A stretch of 64,000 nt of DNA from Candidatus Palauibacter sp. Lineage in GTDB: Bacteria; Gemmatimonadota; Gemmatimonadetes; Palauibacterales; Palauibacteraceae. The translations under genes and the position numbers were made by a program. Location of the stretch: assembly GCF_965222475.1 (NCBI RefSeq), contig NZ_CBDCUB010000001.1, forward strand, positions 1,002,982 through 1,066,981, read 5' to 3'. Below, piece after piece: positions 1 to 9,396 of this stretch. Numbering within the stretch: the first letter of the stretch is position 1; each line of letters starts with the position of its first letter. The notes below the pieces were generated by a model. The model saw only the letters and a list, made by a program, of their open reading frames with translations, searched no databases and was not told where the DNA came from.

Positions 1-44
1 CGGGGTCGACCTCCCCATGCTCGAGTAGCCCCGGACGCCCGCCC

Positions 45-1286
45 ATGCCCCGGCTCGAGAACATCGGGTGCCTCGCCACCTGCGCGAATCCATCCGGGCA
101 GGACGACATCGGGCTCATCCGGGATGCGGCGCTCGTGTGGAAGGACGGGATCGTGCGCTGGGCGGGATCGGCGGCCGCGCTCCCGCCGGAGTACGCAGAG
201 GAGCCCGCGTGGGACGCCGGGGGGCGCCTCGTGATCCCCGGGCTCGTCGACGCCCATACGCACCTCGCCTTCGGCGGCTGGCGGGCGGACGAGTTCTCCG
301 ACCGCATCCGGGGCCGAAGCTACCTTGAGATCGCGGGCGCGGGCGGCGGGATCGCCTCCACCGTGCGCGCCACGCGCGCCCTCGACGAAGAGGCGCTCCT
401 GGTACGCTCGCGACGCTTCCTGTCCGGGATGGTGGCACTCGGCGTCACGACGGTCGAGGCCAAGAGCGGGTACGGGCTGGACCTCGAGACGGAACTGCGC
501 CTCCTGCGCGTTTACCGACGACTCGACGAGATGGGCCCGGCGCGCGTCGTCGCGACCTGTCTGGCCGCGCATGTGGTCCCCCGGGAGTGGGCGGCGGACC
601 GGACCGGCTACGTGCGACTCATCATCGACGAGATTCTTCCCGCCGTGGCGGAGCGCGGGCTGGCCGATTTCGTGGATGTCTTCGTCGAGGAGGCTGCCTT
701 CTCGGCCGACCAAGCGCGACGCATCTGCAAGCGCGGGCGCGCGCTGGGGCTACGGCCGAAGCTGCACGTCGACCAGCTGAGCGGAGGTGGCGGGGCGGAA
801 CTCGCGGCCGAAGTGGACGCCGTGTCGGCCGACCACCTGGAATCCGTCTCGGAGGCCGGGATCGCCGCGCTCGCCGAGGCTGGTGCGGTCGCCGTCACGC
901 TGCCCCTCGCGACCCTCTACCTGGACCAGGCGCCACCCCCGGCCCGCGCGCTCATCGACGCCGGCGTGGCGGTGGCCGTCGCCACCGACTTCAACCCCGG
1001 CACCGCTCCCTCGTATCACCTCCCCTTCGCCATGACGCTCGCCTGCGTGCGACAGCGCATGACGCCGGCCGAAGTGCTGAAGGGCACGACCCGGTATGCG
1101 GCCCGGGCCGTCGGCCTCGAAGGCACAGTGGGGTCGCTGGAACCGGGAGCCGCCGCAGACTTCGCGCTCATCGACGCGCCGAGCGCGGAACACTGGCTCT
1201 ACCACCTTCGACCCAACGCGTGCGTGGCCACGGTGGTCGGCGGCACGATCCGGCACGGACACCCCGCGGCGGCCTGGCTGCCATAG
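45..1286 (+). CDS. hutI: imidazolonepropionase (histidine utilisation)
   Basis: 413-aa ORF; amidohydrolase metal-binding motif DAHTHL and overall HutI-like layout. Confidence 0.8.
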   Translation: MPRLENIGCLATCANPSGQDDIGLIRDAALVWKDGIVRWAGSAAALPPEYAEEPAWDAGGRLVIPGLVDAHTHLAFGGWRADEFSDRIRGRSYLEIAGAGGGIASTVRATRALDEEALLVRSRRFLSGMVALGVTTVEAKSGYGLDLETELRLLRVYRRLDEMGPARVVATCLAAHVVPREWAADRTGYVRLIIDEILPAVAERGLADFVDVFVEEAAFSADQARRICKRGRALGLRPKLHVDQLSGGGGAELAAEVDAVSADHLESVSEAGIAALAEAGAVAVTLPLATLYLDQAPPPARALIDAGVAVAVATDFNPGTAPSYHLPFAMTLACVRQRMTPAEVLKGTTRYAARAVGLEGTVGSLEPGAAADFALIDAPSAEHWLYHLRPNACVATVVGGTIRHGHPAAAWLP

Positions 1287-1328
1287 CTGGCGTCCGTCCC
1301 GAGTCCCCGGCGCCGTCCCGCGATGCCG

Positions 1329-2465
1329 TCACGAGCCGTCGCCTCGTGCGGGACAGCCTGAGGCGGGAGCGGCCAAGTCGTCAGGGACGCGGTATCGCGC
1401 AACGTGGGGGATGCCGAGGGCGGTCCGAGCCGCCGCGTACAGGGCCTGGCCTGCCACGGCGTGGACCCACGCTTCCCGCGGCAACGACACCGAGCCCAGA
1501 TACGCCAGATCACAATCGTGAACATCCCACATCTGCAGACGGGGATCGCCCTGCCGGAACGTGCGCAACCACACGCGGGCTCCGTCCCCGGAGACGATCA
1601 TTCGGGCGAAGGCCGGCTTGAGGCGGGGGACCGGAATGGGCATTCTCGGGTCCAGGTCGACCCGCTCATCGAGGTCGGCGATGGTCTTGCGGATGCTTTC
1701 ACGTTCGGCGGCATGCAAAGGAGGCCTCGGGAAGTCGTGCGAGACGTCGCCGGCGGGATGTGCCCTTCCGTCTCTCACCACGAAGCGGTGGATGCGGTAC
1801 TCGCCGCCGAACCCGCGCAGGATCTCGGGACCGCGGCTGTCCCACACGCCGCTCGGTCCGTACGGCGCCCGAACCTGGGTGAGCCCCGGTCCGCCGAAGC
1901 GGGCCGCCAGCGCGCGGTACCTCACTTGAACGACGCTCGAATCCACCCAGGTGGCCACGGTGTCCACGATCTCTCCCGGCGGGCGGACGAGGTTCAGGTA
2001 GACCTCGTCATAGCGTCGGGTTTCGAACGGGTCCCTCAGGGCCCGGCGCTCCACAGCCAGCACGTCGTCCCCGACCGACGACAACTCGAAGACCGATGTC
2101 CAGAGGGGGTCCGTCCAGGTGTCCCGTAACGCTCCGCTCCGGTCGAACACCGAGATCCGGAGGGCCTGACGATCGAGAACGGCGAGATCCTCGCCGTTCC
2201 ACGCGAGCCGGTGCGGCGACACGAACTCGCCGGGGCCCTCCCCTTCCCGCCCGATGGCGAGCCTGAACCGGCCCTCCCGATCGAAGATGGCGACGCGACG
2301 CGCGCCTCGATCGAGGATGTACATGTTCCCCTCGGCATCAGCCTCGATGTCCCCAACCTCCTCGAATTCATGGGGATCCCCCTCTGCCAGGCCGATTGTG
2401 AGGTCCCGGGCGAGCACAGGGGGCGGTGGCCCAGAGCGGGCTCTCCCCCGTCCCCGCCAGCGCAC
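1329..2465 (-). CDS. NHL-repeat / 6-bladed beta-propeller lipoprotein. The propeller domain is in this frame; the signal peptide is in another frame (see findings).
   Basis: Repeated ...ILDR..R..IFDR.G / ...AVLDR..LRISVFDRSG NHL-like blades; upstream in a different frame a lipoprotein signal MRITRPRAHAVVGLVLLVGACAGG starts with GTG at 2524, overlapping the upstream stop as GTGA. Confidence 0.55.
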   Translation of the reverse strand: MRWRGRGRARSGPPPPVLARDLTIGLAEGDPHEFEEVGDIEADAEGNMYILDRGARRVAIFDREGRFRLAIGREGEGPGEFVSPHRLAWNGEDLAVLDRQALRISVFDRSGALRDTWTDPLWTSVFELSSVGDDVLAVERRALRDPFETRRYDEVYLNLVRPPGEIVDTVATWVDSSVVQVRYRALAARFGGPGLTQVRAPYGPSGVWDSRGPEILRGFGGEYRIHRFVVRDGRAHPAGDVSHDFPRPPLHAAERESIRKTIADLDERVDLDPRMPIPVPRLKPAFARMIVSGDGARVWLRTFRQGDPRLQMWDVHDCDLAYLGSVSLPREAWVHAVAGQALYAAARTALGIPHVARYRVPDDLAAPASGCPARGDGS

Positions 2466-2520
2466 GCACCCACCAGGAGGACCAGGCCGACAACGGCATG
2501 CGCCCGCGGCCGAGTGATTC

Positions 2521-3852
2521 TCACCTGTTCGCCAGCCCCGCCTCCGGCGCGGGCCCGAGGGGTCGCGGGTCGCCCGCGAAGCCGACCGCGAACCGGTTCC
2601 AGCCGCCTCCGGGCCGGCGCGCGAGGAGGAGCATCTCCGCGGCCGCGTCGAGGAGGTCGACCGCGATCAGCCTGCCTCCGTAGCTCTGCCGGATCGTGCG
2701 AACCGGCGTGTGGCCGACCACATGAACGTCTGCCCCGAAATGGTCGAGGACGGCGTCGAGGTGCGCGCCCAGCGTGTCGGTCAGCACGAGGTCCCGGTAC
2801 CAGAGCACGCTCTCGGGCGCGAAGAAAAATTCGTAGCGGCGATAGACCTGGGCAGAGTCGAGCGACGTCGCGCGGGGGAACTCCTCCAGGAACGCCGGGG
2901 CATGCCACCCCGTGAACAGCGGTTCCGAGATGAAGGTTCCGAGCGTGTCCTGATAACTCTGGACAGAGTATTCCAGATAAGGGGGACTCACGCCCCCGTG
3001 CGCGAGCAGCAGGTCGCCGAGCCGGGCGAGGCCGGGTTTCCCGGCGAGCCAGCGGCCGAGGATGGATGTCGCCGGGTCGAAGAGCTTCTGGTAGGACATG
3101 TCGTGCCGCTCGGCGATCCCCGCCTCCTTGGGCGACACGTAACGGAGGTCCCCGGACATGACCATCGCCTCGTGGTTGCCGAGCAGCGTGAGGACGCGCC
3201 CTCCGGCGGCCTCGGCCTCCCGCTCCAGCCGGTACACGAACCAGAGGAGGCGGGTCACGTCGTTCCCCCGGTCGAACAGGTCTCCGAGCAGCGCGAGCGT
3301 GGCGTGCCCGCCCGTCCAGCGCAGTTCGGCGTCGATGAGGCCGGCGCGGGCGAGAAGTTGCAGGACGCGGTCGAACTCGCCGTGCACGTCTCCGAACACG
3401 AATACCGAATCCGACCCCGGCAGGTCGACCGCGGGACGTGGCGGAGGACCCAGCCGGATCTCGGTGCGGTGGAGGCGGTCCGCCCCGTCCGCGCCGTACT
3501 CGATCGTGACGACCGGGGCATCCACACTCAGCCGTGCCTCATGTGTGTCACTCCGCGCCGTCCTCTGCTCGTCCACGACCCTGCCGTCCACGATCGCGCG
3601 CCCGAGCCCGGGAGCCGGTTCCTCCGTGAGCCAGCGGACCTCCAGCCCGGCGGAGTCGAGCCCGATGTAGAGCCCGTACTCGCCCTCGAAGCGCCACGCG
3701 GTCTGCCCCGGCCCGGCGGGCGGCGCGATCGGCGGGGACGTGTGCCCGACCGGCGTCCCGGGGCCGCCCAGCCATCCGAGCCCCGCCGCCGCCACGGCGC
3801 ATCCCGCCAGCCCCGGGCGGCCGGGTCCCGAATCGTCCCGCATCACGGACAT
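2521..3852 (-). CDS. calcineurin-like metallophosphoesterase (secreted/lipoprotein-like N-terminus)
   Basis: Motifs GDVHGEF ... GDLFDRG ... GNHE; start set at ATG 3852 (MSVMRDDS) because it follows the upstream gene stop at 3867; the ORF-track N-terminal extension is rejected. Confidence 0.7.
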   Translation of the reverse strand: MSVMRDDSGPGRPGLAGCAVAAAGLGWLGGPGTPVGHTSPPIAPPAGPGQTAWRFEGEYGLYIGLDSAGLEVRWLTEEPAPGLGRAIVDGRVVDEQRTARSDTHEARLSVDAPVVTIEYGADGADRLHRTEIRLGPPPRPAVDLPGSDSVFVFGDVHGEFDRVLQLLARAGLIDAELRWTGGHATLALLGDLFDRGNDVTRLLWFVYRLEREAEAAGGRVLTLLGNHEAMVMSGDLRYVSPKEAGIAERHDMSYQKLFDPATSILGRWLAGKPGLARLGDLLLAHGGVSPPYLEYSVQSYQDTLGTFISEPLFTGWHAPAFLEEFPRATSLDSAQVYRRYEFFFAPESVLWYRDLVLTDTLGAHLDAVLDHFGADVHVVGHTPVRTIRQSYGGRLIAVDLLDAAAEMLLLARRPGGGWNRFAVGFAGDPRPLGPAPEAGLANR

Positions 3853-3866
3853 TGGAGGCCGCGCGT

Positions 3867-4847
3867 TCAGGGGATCAGCCCGTAACGGCCGTCGTCGACC
3901 CACTCGAGCAGTCGAACGATGCGCCGATGGATGGCCCGGACCTCCGATTCGGTGAGCCCGAGCTGGACCCGCTCCTCGCCGTGGCGGACGCCGCGGCCGG
4001 GGTCGAGGTTCTCGGTCGGCTCCACCTCCGTGAAGTTCCCGTCCCGTATCTCGAACTGGACGAGGACCCCGAGACGCGCCTGCAACTGCTCGAGCGAAAC
4101 GCGGCGCAGCCGGTCGATGGCCGAGGCCGGGTATCGGTCGAGCCGCAGGTCGCGCCACCGCGTGCCGCGGTCGCTCTCCTCGCTCGCAAACGCCACCCCG
4201 TTGTCCACGCTGAACACGCGCGGCCAGGCGGGATCCAGCGACTGCACGAAGTTCCCCGGGTTCGAATCGCTGTGGCGGATGATGTAGGTGAACAGGTTGA
4301 AGGTCCCCAGCAGGCGCTCGTAGACCTCGTCTTCCTCGATCCGGTCTCGATCCTCCAGTTCGTCCGGGACCTCGACGTTGAACAGCCAGTACTGGAGCGC
4401 GACGAGCGTCATCCGCCACTCGTCGAATGTCTGCTCGGGAGGGTTGGCCGCGTCCCCCGCCCGCGCGACCGTGGCCCGGACCTCGTCGAGGGGGAACGCC
4501 CGGATCGCGGTCGGGGGGACCACCCATTCCCGCTCGTCCAGGAAGAGATCCTGGAGGGCGTAGGCCGCCAACTCGTACCGCGGCCGGTTGTTGAACTCAT
4601 CCGCGCCCTCAGCGGCGGGGGCGTACTTGATCTGGAGGACCCGGTCCCCGGACTGCAGCGTCACCCGGTAGGTGCGTTCTCCAGGGAGGCCGCGGGACGG
4701 CTGCACGTCGATGACCTCGATCTCACCCTCGCGCAGGATGCGGTCGATCTCCGCGACGGGGAGGAGGAAGTTCGCGTCCTGGGCCGCGACGGCGGCCGGC
4801 GCGCCCGCGACCACGACCGCGGTGCGCAGGACATCACGGAGTCGCAT
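3867..4847 (-). CDS. secreted hypothetical protein (signal peptide, unknown function)
   Basis: Start chosen at ATG 4847 preceded by AAGGAGG; N-terminus MRLRDVLRTAVVVAGAPAAVAAQD is signal-peptide-like. Confidence 0.55.
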   Translation of the reverse strand: MRLRDVLRTAVVVAGAPAAVAAQDANFLLPVAEIDRILREGEIEVIDVQPSRGLPGERTYRVTLQSGDRVLQIKYAPAAEGADEFNNRPRYELAAYALQDLFLDEREWVVPPTAIRAFPLDEVRATVARAGDAANPPEQTFDEWRMTLVALQYWLFNVEVPDELEDRDRIEEDEVYERLLGTFNLFTYIIRHSDSNPGNFVQSLDPAWPRVFSVDNGVAFASEESDRGTRWRDLRLDRYPASAIDRLRRVSLEQLQARLGVLVQFEIRDGNFTEVEPTENLDPGRGVRHGEERVQLGLTESEVRAIHRRIVRLLEWVDDGRYGLIP

Positions 4848-5640
4848 CCGAGTCCTCCTTTCGCGTGGTATCTCCGGGCGGCCGAAGCGGCAGGTACACG
4901 TCGAACGTCGTCCCCCGCCCCGGCTCGCTCTCGACCGAGATTTGGCCCCCGTGCTGGTGGACGATCTGGAGCACGATCGCGAGTCCGAGCCCCATCCCGA
5001 TGCGTTCGCCCTTGGTGGTGAAGCCGGGCTCGAAGATCTCCCCGATGACCTCGGGCGCGATGCCGCGGCCCGTGTCCGCCACGCGGACATGCACGCGGTC
5101 TCCCTCCGCCCGCGTCCGGACCGTCAGCAAACCGCCGTCGGGCATCGCCTGGGCGGCGTTGTGTACGAGGTTCATGAATATCTGGTTGACCCGATTCGGG
5201 TGGCAGACCACCGGCGGGAGATCCCCGAAGTCCCGCACGACCTCGATCTCCTTCAGGGCGTGCCCCAACAGGACCAGCGTGCCTTCCAGCCCCTCGTGCA
5301 GATCCACCGGCCGGGCCTCCGATGCCGTGGGCCGCCCGAAGTTCCGCAGGCTCTGCACGAGCCGCACCATGCGGTCGACCGCGATCCGGTTCGTCCGCAG
5401 CACGGACTCGGTGGCCCGCACGACCCGGCGTACCTCGTCGAGTTCATCGGGGGTCACGACCTCGTCTTCGAGGATCACCCCCAGCTTGAGCAGGGCGCGC
5501 TCGATCACATGGTGGTTGCTGTGGAGCGCCCCCAGCGGCGTATTGAGTTCGTGCGCGATCCCGGCGACGAGGGTGCCGAGCGTGGCGAGCCTCGCCTGCG
5601 TGATCTCCCTGGCCTTGGCCTCGGCTGCGGACCCCGTCAC
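4834..5640 (-). CDS. sensor-less cytoplasmic histidine kinase (HisKA + HATPase_c)
   Basis: H-box AGIAHELNTPL, N-box NLVHNA, G-boxes DTGRGI/GMGLGL; GTG start at 5640 overlaps the REC stop (GTGA). Confidence 0.7.
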   Translation of the reverse strand: MTGSAAEAKAREITQARLATLGTLVAGIAHELNTPLGALHSNHHVIERALLKLGVILEDEVVTPDELDEVRRVVRATESVLRTNRIAVDRMVRLVQSLRNFGRPTASEARPVDLHEGLEGTLVLLGHALKEIEVVRDFGDLPPVVCHPNRVNQIFMNLVHNAAQAMPDGGLLTVRTRAEGDRVHVRVADTGRGIAPEVIGEIFEPGFTTKGERIGMGLGLAIVLQIVHQHGGQISVESEPGRGTTFDVYLPLRPPGDTTRKEDSDATP

Positions 5641-6128
5641 AGGAACGCGTGGATCCAGCGTTCGCGGAGTCCCGCCAGCTCTTCGTGCGCGGCCTCCAAC
5701 TCTGCCATTCGGTCGCTCAGCGCCCGAAACAGAAGACTGCGTTCCACCCCGTTCCGGATGGCGAACCCGAGCGCGTCGTTGTCCCACGGCTTCTCGATGT
5801 ACTGGAAGAGGCCTGCCTCGTTGATCGCGCGGATCGCGTTTTCCTTGTCCGCGTAGCCGGTGAGGAGGATGCGCGTCGCCTCCGGCCGCACCTTCCGGGC
5901 CCGGGTCAGGAACTCGACCCCGTCCAGTTCCGGCATCATCAAGTCGGCGACGATCGTGTGCACGGTCTCCTCGCGGAGCCGCTCGAGCGCCGCCCGCGGC
6001 GACGTGAAGGGGAGCACGCGGTGATCCGTCTCCAGCTCCAGGAACCCCCGGATGGCCTCGACGACCATGGCTTCGTCGTCGACGACCATGACCGTGCCGG
6101 CGCCGCGGTTCAGTTCATCTCTCTTCAT
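5637..6128 (-). CDS. single-domain response regulator (CheY-like REC)
   Basis: VMVVDDEAMV ... ADLMMPELDG ... LTGY receiver motifs; no output domain. Confidence 0.8.
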   Translation of the reverse strand: MKRDELNRGAGTVMVVDDEAMVVEAIRGFLELETDHRVLPFTSPRAALERLREETVHTIVADLMMPELDGVEFLTRARKVRPEATRILLTGYADKENAIRAINEAGLFQYIEKPWDNDALGFAIRNGVERSLLFRALSDRMAELEAAHEELAGLRERWIHAFL

Positions 6129-6134
6129 ACGGCA

Positions 6135-9100
6135 TCATGCCACGGCCAGGCCGCGGACGCGACTCGCAAGCCCGCGGAGGAGGTCGAGGCCGAGTTCGGG
6201 GTGGTCGATGAGGAGGTCGCGGAAGTCCTCCCGGGTGATGCGGAGGACGCGCGTCGGGCGGGTAGCCCGCGCCTCGACGAGGCTCGGGTGTTCGTCGATC
6301 AGCGCCCAGGTGCCGAACGCCTGCCCATCCGCGATCGTCACCGAACCCTGCCCGACCCCCTCGAGCGAGACTTCGCCGTGGATGACGAGGTAGAGGGCGT
6401 CCGTCGGTTCTCCCTTGCGGATGAACACCGCCCCGTCTCGCGCCTCGACTTCCCGCGCGATGGATCCGAGGAGGGCCAGTTGCCGGCTCTTCACGCCGGA
6501 GAGCAGGTCCACGTTCTGCAGGCGGAACACCTTCTCGATCAGTTCCATCTCTTCTCCCTCGACATCCGGCCGGATGTCTGTTTCGATCTGCGCGGATACC
6601 CGGAGGGCGCATGTCCCGATCCAGTCGTCCTCGTCATCCCGGAGGTCTCGCAGTGCCTCCTGCGGCGACGTGCGGGCGTCCGCCGGGGCGTCGTCCGCCA
6701 GGAAGGGCTCGAGCCGCGAGAAGACCCCGTGACCCACCGTGCTCTCGATCCATTCCAGAGCGTTGGCCCGCCGCCGCGGGTCGTCGCTGTCGAGCGCAAG
6801 ATAGCTGCGACGCATGGACCGTTCGGGATACACGAGCCCCAGCCAGCGGAACACGCCGGCCCGCCGGTCGCGACGAGCTTCCTCGAGTGCCCGCAGGAGG
6901 AGGGTGCGCGGCGTCGAGGCGTCCACTTCGCGCAGCGCCTCACAGGCGCGTGCGTAGCGCGCGGAAGTCCGCAGCTCGCGATCCACCGCCTCGAGCACAC
7001 GGTCCTCGGGAAACGACAGGTGATCGTGCGTCGTGCGGAGGCGGTGCAGCGCGACGAGGGCCTGGTCATCGAGCGCCTGTTCCGTCTCCGGCAGGAGGTA
7101 CGACGTGATGAGCGCGTCCACGGTCGCGGGCGTCGCGATCTCGCCCAGCACGCTCGCCACCCCGCGCCGCACCCACGGGTCGGCCGTCGGGTCGGCCAGG
7201 GCCCGCAGGAGCGGCGCCACGATCTCCTCGCCTCGCAGCGCGAGCCCGTCTCGCGCGGCGGCGCGGGTCCGGGGGTGGGCCAGAGCGGCGATGGCGACCT
7301 GAACGAGGCTCGGCTGCGGGAGCCGGGCGGCGCTGCGGACGGCGGCTGCCGCGACCTCGTCGTCCGCGTGGGTCGCAAACTCCCGCACGACCTCCTCCAC
7401 TGCCGGGTGGCGCGGCACGAGGCCCGCCGCCGAGGCCAGCTCGAACGCACCCTCGCGGTCGAGCGCGCCCCCGGCCCGCCGTTGGAGGAGCTTCTCGAAC
7501 TTGGGCGTGGCGATGCGCTCGGCCCGGGCGGAGCTGAAATCGTGCGAGAGACACGCGAGCGCGGCGGTCCGGATCGCACCCGACTCCGCGTCGAGGAGGG
7601 GGAGCAGGATGTCCCGGGGCGCGGGCCCCGCCCTGAAGGCGAGCACGCGGACCGCGGCCTCCCGGACGCGTGCGCTCTCGTCCGCGAGGCGCGCGCGGAT
7701 CGCGGCTTCGTCCTCGATCGAGGGGACTCGCAGCAGCGCCCCGAGCGCTCGGGCCCGCAGGTCGGGGCTCTCGTGTTCGAGGAGCCGGTACAGTTCGGGG
7801 GAGAGCGCCGCGACGTCCTCGGGCGTGGAAGCGCTCAGCAGGTCGAAGGCGAAGGCCACCTTGAGCGGCCGCCCATCCCGCAGCGCCTCGCGGGCGAGAT
7901 CCAGCGCCCCCGCGTCGGCCATGGAGACGAACGTTCCCCGCAGGCTCGCGAACCGGCCCTCGAACGATCGGGCGAGGCTGGTCACGTATTCCCGCCGAAC
8001 CTTCAGGAACGCGATGAGGAGCGCGACGGCGAAACCCAGTCCGAGGACTCCGATGAGGAGGAGACGGCCGGTGAGCGAGACGGAGGCGAGCGCGAGCGAG
8101 GGGATGGCGATGAGGGCGCCGGAGAGGGCCTTCCCCAGCCCCTTCTCGATCGCCACATCGATGTAGGACTTGGCCTTGAGCTTGATGTCCTCCGGGACGG
8201 GGACATAGAGGATCTCGCGCCCGGTCCGTTCCGCGGAATACCGGAACACCTTCTCGGTCGTGCGCGCGCCCGTCGCCACGGCGAGGGCCCCGACCGAGAG
8301 CCACACGGCCGCCGCGAGCGCGCCGGTCGCGAGCATCACGGCGACCGGGAAGATGATGACCGCCACCGCCGCCCCCCAGCGCCGCAGGATCGGCCGCAAA
8401 GCGAGGAGGACGAGGATCGGCATCCACTGCGTGAGGGCGTCGACGAGACCCAGGAAGCCGGCGATGGCGCCTACGTCGGTGAAGACCTCCCGGGTGAGCG
8501 TGTTGTACTGGTAGTCGATGAACTGCTTGACCACGATCGTCAGGAGAACGGTCGCCGCGATGAGCCGCACCTGGGGATTCGCGGCCATGCGGCGGAGTTC
8601 ACCGCTCTCCAACTCGGGGTCGTCCCGCCGCGCCGGCGCCGGCGGTGCCTCCGGCGCTTCGCGAGCCCATACGGCCGCGATTCCGAACGCGAGGATGAGG
8701 AGCGCGACGCCGGCGACCAGGAGCAGGTTCTCCGAGCCGCCACCTCCGGGCCACACGACGTGCGTGAAGGCGCCCAGCGTCGCCCCGCCCGAGCCCGCCG
8801 CGATGACCACGGGATAGGCGCGCTTGGCGTCGCGCGCGTTGTAGAAGATCTGCGTGGCAATGTAGAACTGCGTGACGAGCGAAGCCGCCAGCAGGTCGTA
8901 CCAGCCGTAGAAGACGAGCCCGAACCACGCGGTGCCGGGCTGGTAGAGCAACCGGAAGACCACCATGCTCGCGGCGAAGAAGGCCGCGGTGGCCGGGATG
9001 AGCCGGCGCCACGACATCCGGTCCGACAGGTAGTTGTAAATCGGGGCGACGACGATGACGGCCGCGCTCACGAAGTAGACCTGGTAGAAATCGCCCACCG

Positions 9101-9236
9101 CGAGCCCGGAGAGGGCGAAGGCGCTCCGCAGGGGCCGCAGGATCCCGATGACGAACAGGACGAGGGCCGCCAGGCCCATCATCGCCAGCAGCTTCCCCGT
9201 CCCCGGCCGCCGCTCGAAGGCCCCTCGGAACCTCAT
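6135..9236 (-). CDS. multidomain membrane protein: TLC/MFS-like transporter + HEAT repeats + C-terminal cyclic-nucleotide-binding domain
   Basis: N-terminal ~450 aa with about 11-12 hydrophobic helices; central PELYRLLEHESPDLRARALGALLRV / DESARVREAAVRVL HEAT-like repeats; C-terminal FGTWALID...RATRPTRVLRITREDF cNMP-binding-like; ATG 9236 preceded by AAGGAGA. Confidence 0.65.
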   Translation of the reverse strand: MRFRGAFERRPGTGKLLAMMGLAALVLFVIGILRPLRSAFALSGLAVGDFYQVYFVSAAVIVVAPIYNYLSDRMSWRRLIPATAAFFAASMVVFRLLYQPGTAWFGLVFYGWYDLLAASLVTQFYIATQIFYNARDAKRAYPVVIAAGSGGATLGAFTHVVWPGGGGSENLLLVAGVALLILAFGIAAVWAREAPEAPPAPARRDDPELESGELRRMAANPQVRLIAATVLLTIVVKQFIDYQYNTLTREVFTDVGAIAGFLGLVDALTQWMPILVLLALRPILRRWGAAVAVIIFPVAVMLATGALAAAVWLSVGALAVATGARTTEKVFRYSAERTGREILYVPVPEDIKLKAKSYIDVAIEKGLGKALSGALIAIPSLALASVSLTGRLLLIGVLGLGFAVALLIAFLKVRREYVTSLARSFEGRFASLRGTFVSMADAGALDLAREALRDGRPLKVAFAFDLLSASTPEDVAALSPELYRLLEHESPDLRARALGALLRVPSIEDEAAIRARLADESARVREAAVRVLAFRAGPAPRDILLPLLDAESGAIRTAALACLSHDFSSARAERIATPKFEKLLQRRAGGALDREGAFELASAAGLVPRHPAVEEVVREFATHADDEVAAAAVRSAARLPQPSLVQVAIAALAHPRTRAAARDGLALRGEEIVAPLLRALADPTADPWVRRGVASVLGEIATPATVDALITSYLLPETEQALDDQALVALHRLRTTHDHLSFPEDRVLEAVDRELRTSARYARACEALREVDASTPRTLLLRALEEARRDRRAGVFRWLGLVYPERSMRRSYLALDSDDPRRRANALEWIESTVGHGVFSRLEPFLADDAPADARTSPQEALRDLRDDEDDWIGTCALRVSAQIETDIRPDVEGEEMELIEKVFRLQNVDLLSGVKSRQLALLGSIAREVEARDGAVFIRKGEPTDALYLVIHGEVSLEGVGQGSVTIADGQAFGTWALIDEHPSLVEARATRPTRVLRITREDFRDLLIDHPELGLDLLRGLASRVRGLAVA

Positions 9237-9322
9237 GTCTTCTCCTTCACGGCCGCGGGGTGGCTTCCACCTCCGCGAGTGCTTTTGCCACGGGGTCCCG
9301 CATGGTCCATCTTCCCACCCTT

Positions 9323-9396
9323 CGGGGCGTGGCGCAGTCCGGTAGCGCACCTGCTTTGGGAGCAGGGGGTCGCCGGTTCAAATCCGGCCGCCCCGA
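9323..9396 (+). tRNA. tRNA-Pro (anticodon TGG)
   Basis: CGGGGCG acceptor paired with CGCCCCG, D-arm GCGCAGTCCGGTAGCGC, anticodon loop TTTGGGA, T-arm GCCGGTTCAAATCCGGC, discriminator A. Confidence 0.85.

Noticed and set aside
2036-2908. 290-aa minus-strand ORF in the frame of the lipoprotein signal peptide
   Set aside because: Only its first ~25 codons (the signal peptide from GTG 2524) look real. The remainder is low-complexity S/R/G-rich and overlaps the NHL domain frame. It is interpreted as a frameshift artefact, not a separate gene.
2521-4527. 668-aa version of the phosphoesterase ORF
   Set aside because: The N-terminal 225 codons overlap the upstream secreted-protein gene in another frame and are R/P/G-rich. 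ATG at 3852 immediately follows the upstream stop.
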